Positions 26,197 through 38,716 of a DNA stretch of 64,000 nucleotides are shown one piece after another. Numbering within the stretch: the first letter of the stretch is position 1; each line of letters starts with the position of its first letter. The position numbers were made by a program, and so were the translations under genes. Origin of the DNA: Kudoa neothunni (lineage: Eukaryota; Animalia; Cnidaria); assembly GCA_964304625.1 (NCBI GenBank), contig OZ199838.1:15179650-15243649 (forward strand), in the 5' to 3' direction. The notes under the pieces are model-generated. The model did no database searches and was not told the origin of the DNA. It was given only the letters and a program-made list of their open reading frames with translations.

Positions 26197-28329
26197 TTAT
26201 TTCTTATTCATAAATTAACTTTAATGCCAAATTTCAATTTATAACGTACGAATTTATATATTGAACATATTTCTGTCTATAGGGGAAGAGATTTCATAAT
26301 TAGATCATGGATTTTGAGAATAAAAAATAACCTTGGCTGTTAAAATAATAATAAAAAAATGTGAAAAATGAGGCAATAATAAAACAGTTTATTTCTAATT
26401 TTTCACGCTATTCAAATTCTAAGCAGACGTAATTATTCCGGTTCTTCGCACTTGTGCAAATAAACGTCACATAAATGCGTCACTGATTTATTGTTATCAA
26501 ATTTTTTATATTTTAAAATGTAAAAAATAACGTAAATAATTATTTTCTTAATCTTAAATGCAACGATATTATTTTAATACATTTTTGCGTGTGGTCACAA
26601 TGATCATCTCCGGATTTTCGTGTAACTTTTTTTCCCAGATGTTCGAGGGTTAATTTAATAACGTTCTTTATTGATCATTGATGATCATTTTAATAAATAT
26701 CGAGCGTAGGTCAATTTTTTAATAATCTAGGAGAGAATTTCTGACTTAAGCGATTTGGTACAATAAAGAGATTCTATGATGTGTCAAAAAATCGGAGCAT
26801 GTTTTATAAGCGTGTAGAGTTTTTTCTCTGATTCAGTGGTGATACAAAAATCATCTATATGTCAAATAAGCACATATTTGCAATTATTTCCTAATTTAAA
26901 TAAAGAAGTTCATGATTTAACTCCTTTTCATTTTTTCTGATATTTGAGAATTAATGACACTTTCTCTTAGATATCTATATTCAAATATCTGACGCATTCA
27001 CCAGAAAACTCAAATGTTCTCAACGTATATACGCTTATAGAAGATTACGTACAGTGTTTTTTTAATATGTAATTTAATTTAGCGGATTCATTTTATTATT
27101 TTATGGCTATTGTCACGTTTGGGGACTCTGATATTGTATTTTGTACGACGCCAGTTTCGATCTACGACCTGGGAGCAAAGAATCTTTTGTTACTTCCGGG
27201 AACTTTTTCCAAGTAAAATACATGAACTCATCAACGTACTCATCCATACATCTATAGTGATATGCGTTGCGATGAGTCGGTAAACATAGAGATTTATGCA
27301 CGAACGTTGCATAACAAAAAGGATTCTACCAAACTCAGTGATATCCTCAAAATCAGATTTGTGAGTTTCTGTTACAGTTTCTGACACATTTTTATGTTTT
27401 TTTGTTAGAGGAAACGTCCTATTAAACAACATTCCAATGACTCTAATGGTCCAAATTCTGGTATTTTATGACAGTTAGTTTTTTTTGTAGTAGAGTAATG
27501 ACTGTGTGCTGTAGATTTTAAGAATCGCGAATGTGCATTCAAGTTTGCTGCTTCGTGTGCCATTGCTATCAGCGAAAAAAAATCTGATGTGTTGACACTG
27601 TTCAACGTATTTGTCTGATGGTTGTTACTTTTTTTCCTAATTGGGCGTATGTAGCGTGTTCCAGAAATACCCCTTGGAGGACAACTCTCTGTTGGATTAT
27701 CTTTCCGACCTAATTTTGAATCATACGCACAAGGATTTCTAGTATCAATAACTTGATGCTATAAATGTGATTGATTGATTTCCGTCTTAGAGTATCTACA
27801 AAATGGAGGGTGGTCTTCCTAGTTGGAAACGTTATTGGTGTGTGTTACAACAGGCCTGCCTCAAAATGTGGAATTGGAAAGATGATGATCCCAATGTAAC
27901 AGAAACCGATTTGCCCTGTTCATAGTAAGCATATATTTGATTTAGGATTTTCAAATGTCTGTCGACCTCACATGGGATACCGATTCAACGTGTAAACTAC
28001 TTCCACATCACATTTGTGCAAGATCGAACACCTTGGAAATTAGCTTGATTAACGATTCCAACCCTAAATCCTTAACATCCAAAAATGATTTTATCGCAAA
28101 ACCCACCTCCACTAAGTTAACCTCGAACAGATATAAGTATATTCGCGATTGTTGTGTCGTACCTGAAAAGTAATGTGCGTTTGAATATAGTATTTGGTTG
28201 TCTGCTGATAATAACCAAGAATGTGGGGTGTGGCTGAATGCACTTTCTCTTCATCAAGCTCGCTATAAAGAATGGAAAAAGGCAATCTCTTCAAAACGTC
28301 CCTCCATTCCTTCAAGGCGGCTTATTTAA
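22921..28329 (+). CDS. ANLN: Anillin (low-complexity N-terminus, anillin-homology region, PH domain)
   Basis: QQQIIVQSENVLN..LDAESLLLLSTYRR..KLK (AH region); FYYFMAIVTFG..VNIEIY (C2-like); GFL|SIYKMEGGLPSWKRYWCVL, ICARSNTLEI and IWLSADN..W (PH domain). Exons join in phase, with one 2130-bp intron at 24953-27082; stop 28327-28329. Start codon tentative. Confidence 0.88.
25931..26008. mobile_element. 78-bp minimal piggyBac (left end fused to right end)
   Basis: TTAA|CCC...GGG|TTAA; first half resembles the left end of element 42680, second half resembles its right end (44001-44061); a single central GGGG..CCCC palindrome. Confidence 0.75.
26588..26649. mobile_element. piggyBac-like terminus (orphan)
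   Basis: GGTCACAATGATC decayed palindrome ... TTTTTCCCAGATGTTCGAGGG|TTAA, the same layout as other right ends in the window; no partner found. Confidence 0.45.
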
Positions 28330-29286
28330 ATAGAAAAACACAAACCTTTGTTTGATTGGGTGATGGTTTAACTGTTTTAATTATGATGTTTTTGTTTGTC
28401 ATACTTAATATTATTATCATTGTTATTATTTAATTCATGTATGGCGTATAAACGAAAAGATAATACTATCGCGTATTTTCTTCCAAGTTTCGCGAACGAG
28501 TTGGTGAACAATTTTTTAGGCTAAATTCCATACATTATCATTATATCATTATCGATTTGAAATTTTTATTCTTTATAACACCCTTTGTCCTTATTTCATT
28601 TATCGGAACGATTTTTTAAAATTTACACGAAATTAATGTTTATTTTAAATACAAAATTTATATTAACCGAAACGACATTTTTCTAGGATTTGGCGTGTAA
28701 AGTACATTGAGATCTGAACTAGATCCTGGTTAAAACACCACGAAGATTTATTTTTGTGATAAATTTTAGTTATTTATTCAATTGAAATAATCGTTTTATT
28801 ATTTGAAACAATGCAACATTAATAATATAATGTTTTGAGTTCCAAATACAATCATGTTTATTGAGAACAGATAAATGTTGAAGGGAAGATTAATTACGTA
28901 AAAAATTTCACGGCTAATTTAAGGCAACAAAGAATAAAATTTATGGTCCTGTTGAATCACAAACTATCATTGATTTCGTAAGACAATTTTATTTATGGAG
29001 CTAGTCGAATTCAACAATCATCAGATTTTTGTGGATAACACCCCAACTTTATAAATCTTACCGTGTCGTAATTTTAACAAATTTATATTAACTTTGGAGA
29101 ATAAGGCTTATCTTAGATACAGAGGAAGTATTAAAGATCGTTATGGAAAACTCTGAGGAACTACTCCTTATTTACATTTTAATCATTCGTATTAATCTTT
29201 TTCGAATAATTTTTCAATATCTCATTGGAATAAAAATTGTTAATTTAGTAATAATAATTCATTTCCAAAAATTTTGAAAGTTCCAT

Positions 29287-29362
29287 ACTAATATAGTGCA
29301 ATAGCACTCTGGTCTCAAATATCAGTAGTACGTGCGTACCGGGTTAAAGCTCACCTTAGCCA
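29287..29362 (+). pseudogene. tRNA-Leu(CAA)-like sequence (tRNA pseudogene or SINE head)
   Basis: Anticodon arm CTGGT-CTCAAAT-ATCAG, long variable-arm hairpin GTAC-GTGC-GTAC, degenerate T arm GGGTTAAAGCTC and partial acceptor CTAA/TTAG; D arm and box B decayed. Confidence 0.5.
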
Positions 29363-29641
29363 CATACCTTTCGGTAATGATCGGTACCCGAAATCCGGGC
29401 ATCGTCGTACGATGTAACCAGCCGAATTATAGATTAATTACGTGTAATCCCGCGAAACACTAGTTAACTTTCGATGAAATGCGGTTATCCCTAATTAATA
29501 CGTTCTTGTGGGTTTAGGCCAAACATATGATAACAAATTATTTAATGAATATAATTCTAACAATTTTATTTATTTAATGAGATAACTTAATTATAAATTT
29601 TTGTACGCACAAGCGTTATTTTTATCAACCAAACTAAGATT

Positions 29642-30606
29642 ATGGAATATAATATTGTACAACCGCGTGTTTTCCAGTCGGTGTCACCCATGCTTCCTGA
29701 ATTGTACAATTCCGAAAATATTGATAACCTCAAATTCGAGGATATTGTTTATTTTAAAAATAATCTACAGGAGTTAGTATTATTTCTACAGGGACTTGGA
29801 CTTTTACCCAAAATCAAAATTTGTTCTCGTGGAGATATGAAATTATATCTAACGAAGTCCTCTATCGATGGATATAGCTTCCGTTGCACGAGGAAAAATT
29901 GCCACCGAGAATTCTTATTAAGAACTGAGTCATTTTTTTCGAATTCGCACCTCTCTTTATATTCCCTCATAAAATTTATATATTTGTGGAGTAGAGGTGT
30001 AACGACCCAAGAATTTCTAATGAGAGAATGTGACATTGGGTCTGCCAATACAGTGGTCGATTGGAAAAATTTTCTAAACGATGTGTGCCTCTCTCATTTT
30101 TGGAAAACCCGATCAAAATTGGAAGTCCTGGAATTAAAGTCTAGATCGATGAGAACCTCATTTGTAAAAGGAAATTCGGCGTTGGCAGAATTCTACGAGA
30201 CTAGGGTGTCTGGATTGTAGGTGGCATTGATGAAAATGGAAATGTTTTTATGGTGGAGACTGAAAAAAAGGATTCTGCTACATTAGAAAATATCATCACT
30301 AACCATGTTGAAGGATGGTCCATGATTCACTCCGATGGATGGCGTGGTTACGCACGATTAAACGAACTTGGGTATCTTCATGAGACCGTTATTCATGACA
30401 AAGAATTTGTCTCCTCAACAGGTGTACACACTAACCGGATTGAAGGTATATGGAGTGTCTTCAAACGGAAGTATAGAAGCATCACCAACACAAAAAAAGA
30501 TATGATTTCTTCATATATATCTGAATGGTGCTTTCGAAGAGTCAGCAAAGACATACTCTTAACTAAATTAATTAGACAAATTAATAGCATATATAATTTT
30601 AATTAA
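29642..30606 (+). pseudogene. Merlin (IS1016/IS1595-like) DDE transposase, frameshifted
   Basis: Zn-finger-like N-terminus (C..M.L....DGYSFRC....C), VDW.NF, IDE, WIVGGID, IHSDGWRGY, HETVIH..FVS..GVHTNRIEGIW..KR; frameshift near 30100 plus in-frame stops. TIRs not identified. Confidence 0.9.
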
Positions 30607-30687
30607 TAATTATTTTCTTCTCATAAATTTTCGTGATATTACGAGAATATTTAGCTCTATAAAGGACACAACTTTAAGTGATCTTAA

Positions 30688-32713
30688 CCCTCGTACACAT
30701 GAGCAAAAAACTTACGTTAATCCGAAGTGGGGGTCAAAAATGACCCCCACTAAAAAATAAACACATGAAAACATTTTTGAAATTAAAAAATTCTAATTGT
30801 TATTGTTTAAGTTTAAACGTTCAATGCAAATCATTTCTTCTTTATTATGAAGTTTGCACGCCATTTTATTGCATACTTTGCACTGCACTGACGTTTTCAA
30901 CCTCCTCGAACGAATACAGATTTGGCACCACATTCTAGCATTATTCTGTAAGATTTGTGGCCTTTTCAAAGATAGAATGCCAGTTTCGGGACTTTTAGAT
31001 GATAAAGAGTAATTTTAGAAATTCTCTTTTGACTCGCTTTCTATATTTATTCAAGAATGCAGGATGCTTTTGGCCATACAACAAGTAGGCATTATATGCA
31101 GCGATGTCTAACAAATTATAGAAAAGAGCCATTGGCCACCTTCGTGTTTTTCTTTTTACCGAAAAATATCTTACTATTTGATCAAGAGTATCAACTCCAC
31201 CTTTTGTAGAATTATAGTAAGATATAATTTCAGGTTTTGGATTTTCTTCATCAATATTCGCATCTCTGTAAAGTGTTGACAACATGACAACCGGTCTGTT
31301 TTTCTTAGGGTTGTATTTGACGAGTGTGACCTTATCTTGAAACAGGAACTGACTATTATTTTCATTTCCTTTCGACATTTGAAACTCTGGTATTTATCAA
31401 AAATTTTTTATTTCTTCGAATAGTTCCTACAATTGTCAATTTTTGGCCAAGTAGAAATCTTGCGAGGGAAAGCGTAGTAAAAAAATTATCTGTTGTGATA
31501 TTTCGACCAGATTTAAAAATCGACTCACATAAAGTTTTCACAACATTTTCCCCTTGATTAAACTATACTTCGCCATTTTCTTCTCCAAAATATACCTTTG
31601 CCTTGAATAGGTAGGCAATCTTTGAGTCGCATAAAGCCCATATTTTAACACCATACCGTCCGGGTTTATTTGGTGTATAATTTTTTCGACAATTTCCAAT
31701 AAAGTACTCAAAAACTTCTCTTATTGGAGCTAATTTGTCATCTTGTATTCTGGATTCTCTTTTACCAAACCACATACACGAAGATATTTTTTCAAATAAA
31801 TTAATGGAGATTGACTGATTTATTGTAGGTTGACCATACTTTGATGACCAGAATTCACGAATATCCATATTTTTACCCTTCATTAAACCAATCATTATAC
31901 ATCCACCAATATATTTCATTAGATCATCTTTGATAATCATAGTTAATTGTGATCGATTGTTTTTTATACAATGATTCGTGCATTCAACAATCAAATCAAG
32001 GATCTCGTTGTCAAAAAAGTTCAAAAATGCCATGAGTGGGGTATCCGATCGTTTTAGCACATGTGGTTTGAAACCTGGTTGGCATTTAAAAATATTTTCC
32101 GCTTCAGTTCTTCATTGGTATCTTGTTGGATGTTTAGACTACTTTTCTCCATCTTTCGAAGTCAACGTGGCAATCAATTCAGTGCCAAATTCTGCTCCAT
32201 CATCCGAATCATCATAATCGGGTGTAGGATTGTCTATTAAATAGTCTCTAAACTCAGAATCAGTGTCATCCAATAGAATTTCATGTTCATTTCTTTCCAT
32301 CTCTAAAAGAGACTAACGTTCAGCTGATTTTGAATCTTTATGATCACGTGGCGCACTAAAAACTCATAGATTTATCTCTTCTTCAAAATTATTTTACTTA
32401 TTCTTAGAATTAAATGAATATTTAATCATTGTATTTGGTATTATACATAGAATTAAGAGAATAATTATCATAGATTTTCCAATAAGGAGTGGGGGTCAAA
32501 AACGACCCCCAATGTGGGGAACGGAAGTTTTAATGTTTCGATGATTTAGTAGTGTTTAAAATTCATTTTATTTCTATTTCAGTAAAAATTCTAAATTGAT
32601 AAAATAACAACATAAATTAGGAAAAATTACTTAAAATTCTGTAAGAGAGATTTTAAGAAAATCGCTGATAAAAGGGGCTGAGCCCATTTTTGACCCCAAT
32701 GTGTGTAGGAGGG
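30688..32713 (-). mobile_element. piggyBac element, internally deleted
   Basis: TTAA 30684-30687 and 32714-32717; TIR CCCTCGTACACA / CCCTCCTACACA; GGGGGTC-N5-GACCCCC palindromes near 30730 and 32492; transposase pieces 31563-32060 and 30995-31378 (YNSTKGGVDTLDQ, RWP). The segment with the first catalytic D (VDE) is deleted (NYTP-NKPGRYG join). Confidence 0.95.
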
Positions 32714-35700
32714 TTAAAGGTATTAATTATTATATTCATTGAATTTTGATATTTTTAAATATTTTATGATTAAGTTAAAAAAATATTTCATTACTTAACT
32801 AAAAATGTAATATAAAAGTTAGCATATTCCAATTGTTCGATTTTAGCTTGTTTGAAACTTAAAGCGTTTAATTAAGTTGGATCGAATAATAATTTAACTG
32901 AGAAAGGCTTAGATTGGAGTCTGTAATAGACAGAAAATATACGTTTTTTACGTCGTTAAGTAAGCATATTCATCATCAGTTAACTATTTCACGTTTCCTC
33001 TAACTTACTAGTCTAATATAAATAATATATTTTGCCAAAATAATTTTTTGCTTAAAAAAGTTATTGTATACGAAAGGAAACTTATGAAATCAATTATTCC
33101 AAATTCTAGCTGCAGACATTATTAAGTGTCATGCACTGAATAATGTCACATGATTTCGTTTACAATCTAATTTTAATAATTATTTGTTTTTATAATTTTA
33201 AGCCAACATTTTACATATATGTGTTTAATATTAAAATTTTCTTGAGCGTGCGTAGTTTACAAAATCCAAAACATGTATATTTCTCTTTAATTTAATTAGT
33301 AGATGTAATATGCAGTTTAATATTAAGCCACATTAATAAATTTATAGAATATGACTGTAAATCGAATAAATCCTTGTTATTGCATAATATATAAATCTAG
33401 CATAAATACGTATAAACTTATAATACTTAACAGGCATGCTATTCACAAAATATTATTTGGTGTATTTTTTTATTATTGATATTATTACAGACAAATAAAT
33501 TTCTTATATGGGATGTAAATAAATATTAAATTTTTTTAACACATACTGATAAATATAAACCTAAAAATTATAAATAACTTAACTCAAAAAAAATAAATTG
33601 AAACAATTTTAGTGGAAAAAAAGATAAACTTTTTTTTCAAAAATAAAAAACAGGCACAAAAATTTATAAACTAAAATAGATTATTTTCAGTAATTTTACA
33701 TTTATTAAGTTACATTCAATAAAAAATATGTATCTATAATAAGCGTTTTTCTTGATAATAAATGTTGAACTAAACTTTTATTATTTTGCTTCATACTGTC
33801 TTTAAGATAATTTTAAAAATGTTCTAAGTAGATACATCCTCGAATAACGTACTAAAATTGAAAAAATAATGCTAATTTTAGGATAAGAACCTGAATAATA
33901 GAGATTGCACGTGGTTTCGACATCGCACGAAGCTGATTTTATGTGAAATTTGTTGAGGAAATTTTAAGCTTATTTCTGAATTCTAATACGTAGATGAATG
34001 CATATAATTAAGATATGAAATTGTTAGGCCATAAGCCATCAACAAATGCAATCATTGTGGAAATAAAGGTTTCATCGCTAACGCGAATAATACCCAATCC
34101 GAATTTTTTCGGGAGCCGATTATTACCGAAAGCTATGGGGCTAAAGTAACTTTAACCTCAAAGTTTATATAAGGTAAAACGTTTTATAATATTTTTGTGA
34201 TTGTAAAAAGATAAAAGTCTTAAAAATATTCTTGAATCAAACTAGGAAATTACCAACTGTTATATCACGTGACTAATTGATAATACACATTTTTCGTCAA
34301 AATAATCTTAATAATGTTTTTTCTATTCTAATTAAATAAAGGCGTAACGCCTATGCTGAAAAATAAAGAAAATAACAAAATATTAAATGAGCACGTATTT
34401 GTGTGTGTATTAACGGTTGCAACGTTTAATACCCACTTTTTTTGATGGTCCTGAGGGGATTACGTTGTATTGGCTGCATAATGTAATACATATTATAAAC
34501 TTTTAAATATAAATATATGCTATAAATTCTTTAAAATGCTATTCAATAGTTTCTTTTAAGTAAATAGTTAAATAAATCTAAATATAGCATTAAATAAAAA
34601 TCTAAATTTTACGTTAGGATTCCAATTTTTTGGGCTATATAATTACACGTTCGATAACTAATTTTTGATAAGTATGAGACTACTTGATCACAGTTAAATT
34701 TTAATCATAACTACAGTTTTTAAGGAATACGCATAATCGAGATGAACTTTCCTCGTCTTTAGACAAGATCTACTAAAAGTGTGTTTACTCATGTACGCAT
34801 CTAACATGATGTTATATACACAGTTTTACGGTATTAATTCGGTAATCATATTACAAATTTAACTCTTCAGATTTCTTTAATCCATAAATTGTTAGAAAAT
34901 TCAAAGCAATCCCAGCACAGAGTGAAATATAAAGTTTAAAATAAGATGAATAAAACATCTAAAATAAGCTCCCAGTATGTTTAATCTAATGAGAGAATTA
35001 GAATCAATAATTTGTCTCCTTAAAATTCTCCGAATAAATTTACAACACAAAAACTATCAGACAATAAATATTATTTCCTATTTTTGGTGAGCTTATTTTT
35101 CTCAATGGCTGACACGAATGAAAATCGAAGCAATTCTCCCTCGATGTTTGATGAGACCTCTTTATTCTGGGATAGAGTATGGCTCAACACAATACAACAT
35201 GAATACTGTTCTTTCTTGCTCACAATATGGTCACTTTGCTAATCCAACCCTTAAAATTTTCCTCAAGACGTAACGTCATACCTTTTCAACGTTTTCATAT
35301 ACATATGATGTTTCTACACTGCCACTAGTTATTTTTATCTGAAGAAAAATTAGTGAGAGAATGCCACGCTTAATTTACATCGATAAAATCTTTAAAGCGT
35401 CGACAGATACCTAAAGCTATTTGCACGGCTAGATGAATGTTAGGAGTTGTCGAATGTAATACAACTTGAACCTCCCTAAATAAGTAATATCCAGGATAAA
35501 AAATAAATGGCTACCCTTTATCGAACAGTCTCTGAATTCGTTCAATTTGAGATTTGGAACTCATCTTCTTACATATAAAAATAGTATTACGTCTCATTTT
35601 AATAGGTTTGGTTGAGTTTATTGTAACAAGTTTGTCTAATAAACGATAAAGTGTAACCGAAATGGAAAAAACAAACATTTTTTATCCACTTGAACCATGT

Positions 35701-36657
35701 TGAGTTAATACGCAACTGCGCATGTGAAGCATACTAGTGCGCTTTCCAATGTGATATTTGGTTTAAGGTTCCCAACGACGTTGTCGAGACAAATCGGACA
35801 TCCTTCCAAATATTTATGAAACAAAATCAAACAAATCGGAATTTTTTGTAAAAACCAAGTCAATGTTTAATTATAAGTACAATATTACGTAAATTTATAA
35901 TTGAATTAGAAACTTCAAAGTTTTGGCACCATTTGCTCAGTGTGTTGAAAAATCTCCTGATTGGAATAAGATCAACTAATGTAGAATAAAAAATTATATT
36001 TCTTCTGATCGTTTAGATAGTCTAAATAGAAGGAAATATTCTTTCTGGAAAAGCGTTAATCAGAATTAGTTAATTTAGAGACATGCAATATTTTCCAATG
36101 GAGTGAAAATTATTTCGTTGATAAAAAATTCTTAAATGTGCTACCATTAATAATTGAATTAATTAAAAATTGTTTTTGAGTCTGATTGATTCCTTTTATT
36201 TCGAGAAACTGTGTTACAGCCCTTCGTTCAATGTTTTAACGAAACAAATATATCTAGATGCGGTTTTATTTTTATGCACGAATATTAATCTATTAAAATT
36301 AAAAAAAATAGTCCAATGGAAAATACTGAGTTAAATTTTAATTTATTTAGATATATATATACATAAAATTAAAATTTTTGGAAAATTGATTTACAAACAC
36401 TTGCGATGATACTTAAGAATTGAACATCGCCAACATCAAAGTCTTTAACGAAATTCAAGCATTTAGAATTCTAATTAGCATAACAAGTTTCTTGATAGTT
36501 TTTAAAATGATCCATGATCATGGTAAGATTGTACATCGTCAATAATGATGAAAAATAATCCAAAATGTTGGTCTCAATTATAACATAAAATTTCTGTGTT
36601 TATTTTCGTAAATTTTAGGCATGTTCTTTTTGGCCTGAATATCTGTATTCCTTAGGG

Positions 36658-36727
36658 CAGTGGTGGGCACAACTTTTAAGGGTGTGGGTCATATTAGCGC
36701 GTTACAGAAGCTTGGAGGGCCGCATTG
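36658..36727. mobile_element. hAT (Charlie/Buster-like) MITE left end
   Basis: CCTTAGGG|CAGTGGTGGGCACAAC...GGGCCGCA; a further GGCCGCA near 38785; right TIR not found. Confidence 0.5.
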
Positions 36728-36807
36728 TTGACTACGCGTTTTTTTGATAATTTAAATGCCTGTTAGTGGATTTTCTAACATTTTTGGCACAATAAAAAAA
36801 TTAAGTA

Positions 36808-38716
36808 TAGTCAAACTCCGTTTATCAGGAATTTGTTTAACCAAAAATTCAATAACCACAATCCGAAACAACTTTTTGCTGGAATTTTCGGATAAAGTGC
36901 TCTTCGCTTACGCGCATACCCATATTTATATGTTAAATACGACTAAACGTAACGTTAATAAAACTTTATTTAAGAAGTATTCGGATACGCTCCTAATTAA
37001 TTTACATAAGAAAACTTTAGAATTTTAAACGAATGAATTTTTATTTAAATTTAAGGAATCATTTTTAATTGGTTTGAGTATAAGTCAGTCTAACGTCGCG
37101 CCGTTAAAAAATGTCAACAATGCGTGACCAAAGGCGTTCAAGAATTGTTTTAAAACCAAGTGATAAAGCATCTATCTGTGAAATAAAAGCGAATAGTCAA
37201 AAAATGACTCTATCTGAAATATCGCATGTTTTTTACAAGGAGAAAAGATTGAAAATTGGGAAAAACACTATTGCAGATATTCTACGCAACTCCAATAAAT
37301 GTAATATGATGGAATCTTTGAATCGCATGACATCTCGGGGCGATATACACGACAAATTTTAAAAGGCCCTTTACTTGTGGATAAATCAAGTTAATGCACA
37401 ATACGTGTGCATTAATGGGAATATTATTGTGGAAAAGGTAAAAGAATTCGCCACCAAGTTCGGAATAGAGGATATTTACTTTTCTTCTGGATGGGTTCAT
37501 CGTTTTACGAAACAATATGAAATTTCGTCTAAATATGTTCAGGGAGAAGACGGTTCCGTGGCCATTGAAGATGTTGAGAAAGCAAGAAATGAGCTTAAAG
37601 GCGCCTTAAAATCCTATTCTGAAAGTGATATTCATAACTCGGATGAAACTGGGTTATTCTATCATCTGAGGCCAAACAGAACTCTTTCAAGTTTTCACCT
37701 ATCTTGAACAAAAAATTCGAAAGATCGTATCACCGTACTCCTTTGTGTGAATGCATCGGGTACACACAAATTAAAATCTTTAGTGATTGGGAAATCAATG
37801 AAACCGCGATGTTTCAAACATTTCGATCCAACACATTATGTGACGTACAACTCCAACACAAAGGTATGGATGGCCTCCATTATTTCCGAAGGTTTTTAAA
37901 ATAATTTAAATTACTTGATGAAATCCCAAAACAGGCACATTCTTCTGTTGATCGATAATGCAACAAGCCATAAACATGCTGATCTCTCTAATGTAAAAAT
38001 TATGATGTTACCTTCAAACTTAACATCTCACTTGCAACCTCTTGATGCTGGAATAATCAAGTCATTCATATCAAAATATACAACGTTGGTTATCAACAAA
38101 TTTATTGAGCAAATGGAAAGTGATGATAAACTTAATATAAATTTACAGGATGCAGTAAGATTTACTCATGAATCATGGGATTCTGTTTCTCAGAGTTTCA
38201 TTCAAAATTGTTGGATTCATACTGGAATGGTTTCCGGTAAAGAAGCCATTCCTCCCAATCATTCTACTAATGACGGTTCACTAAATGATCTTCTAAAAGT
38301 TATCTTTACACGCCGTTGCCAATGTGCTTGAGAATACAGAGACTGCAATAAGGAATTAACAACGAGTGAAATTATTACTTAGGAAGAAATTATAGAAATT
38401 ATAAAAGATGATGATAATGATATTAACTCTATATCATCTGAAGATCCTGAAAACCCCTGTTATTAACGATCGAGAAGCTATTACAGCTATTACCACTACC
38501 ATAAAATACATTGAAAACCCCAGAGTTCATGACTTAGAAAATGAGAGAAAATTAAAAGACGAATTATTAACACTACTGACTCGATTCAAACGAAATATGG
38601 AAAGGTCTAACTTCGGAAAAATGAAACAAATACTTATAACCGCTTATCTAAATAAATAAATTATCAGGTATAATCATAAATAAATTAATCTGTCACAATT
38701 TCTCAACATTTGATTG
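36808..38716 (+). mobile_element. pogo/Tigger element with decayed transposase (37111-38659)
   Basis: TA|TAGTCAAACTCCG start; CENP-B-type HTH (FSSGWVHRF) and DDE_1 motifs NSDETGLFY, KDRITVLLC, LLIDNATSH, LQPLDAGIIKSF; several stops and frameshifts. Right end (TTTGATTG) tentative. Confidence 0.9.

Noticed and set aside
27113-28315. Minus-strand ORFs (62-80 aa)
   Set aside because: Antisense to anillin C2/PH exons.
35100-35640. Possible gag-like relic on the minus strand (EVQVVLHSTTPNIHLAVQIA..)
   Set aside because: Too many stops, no intact zinc knuckle and no LTRs found.
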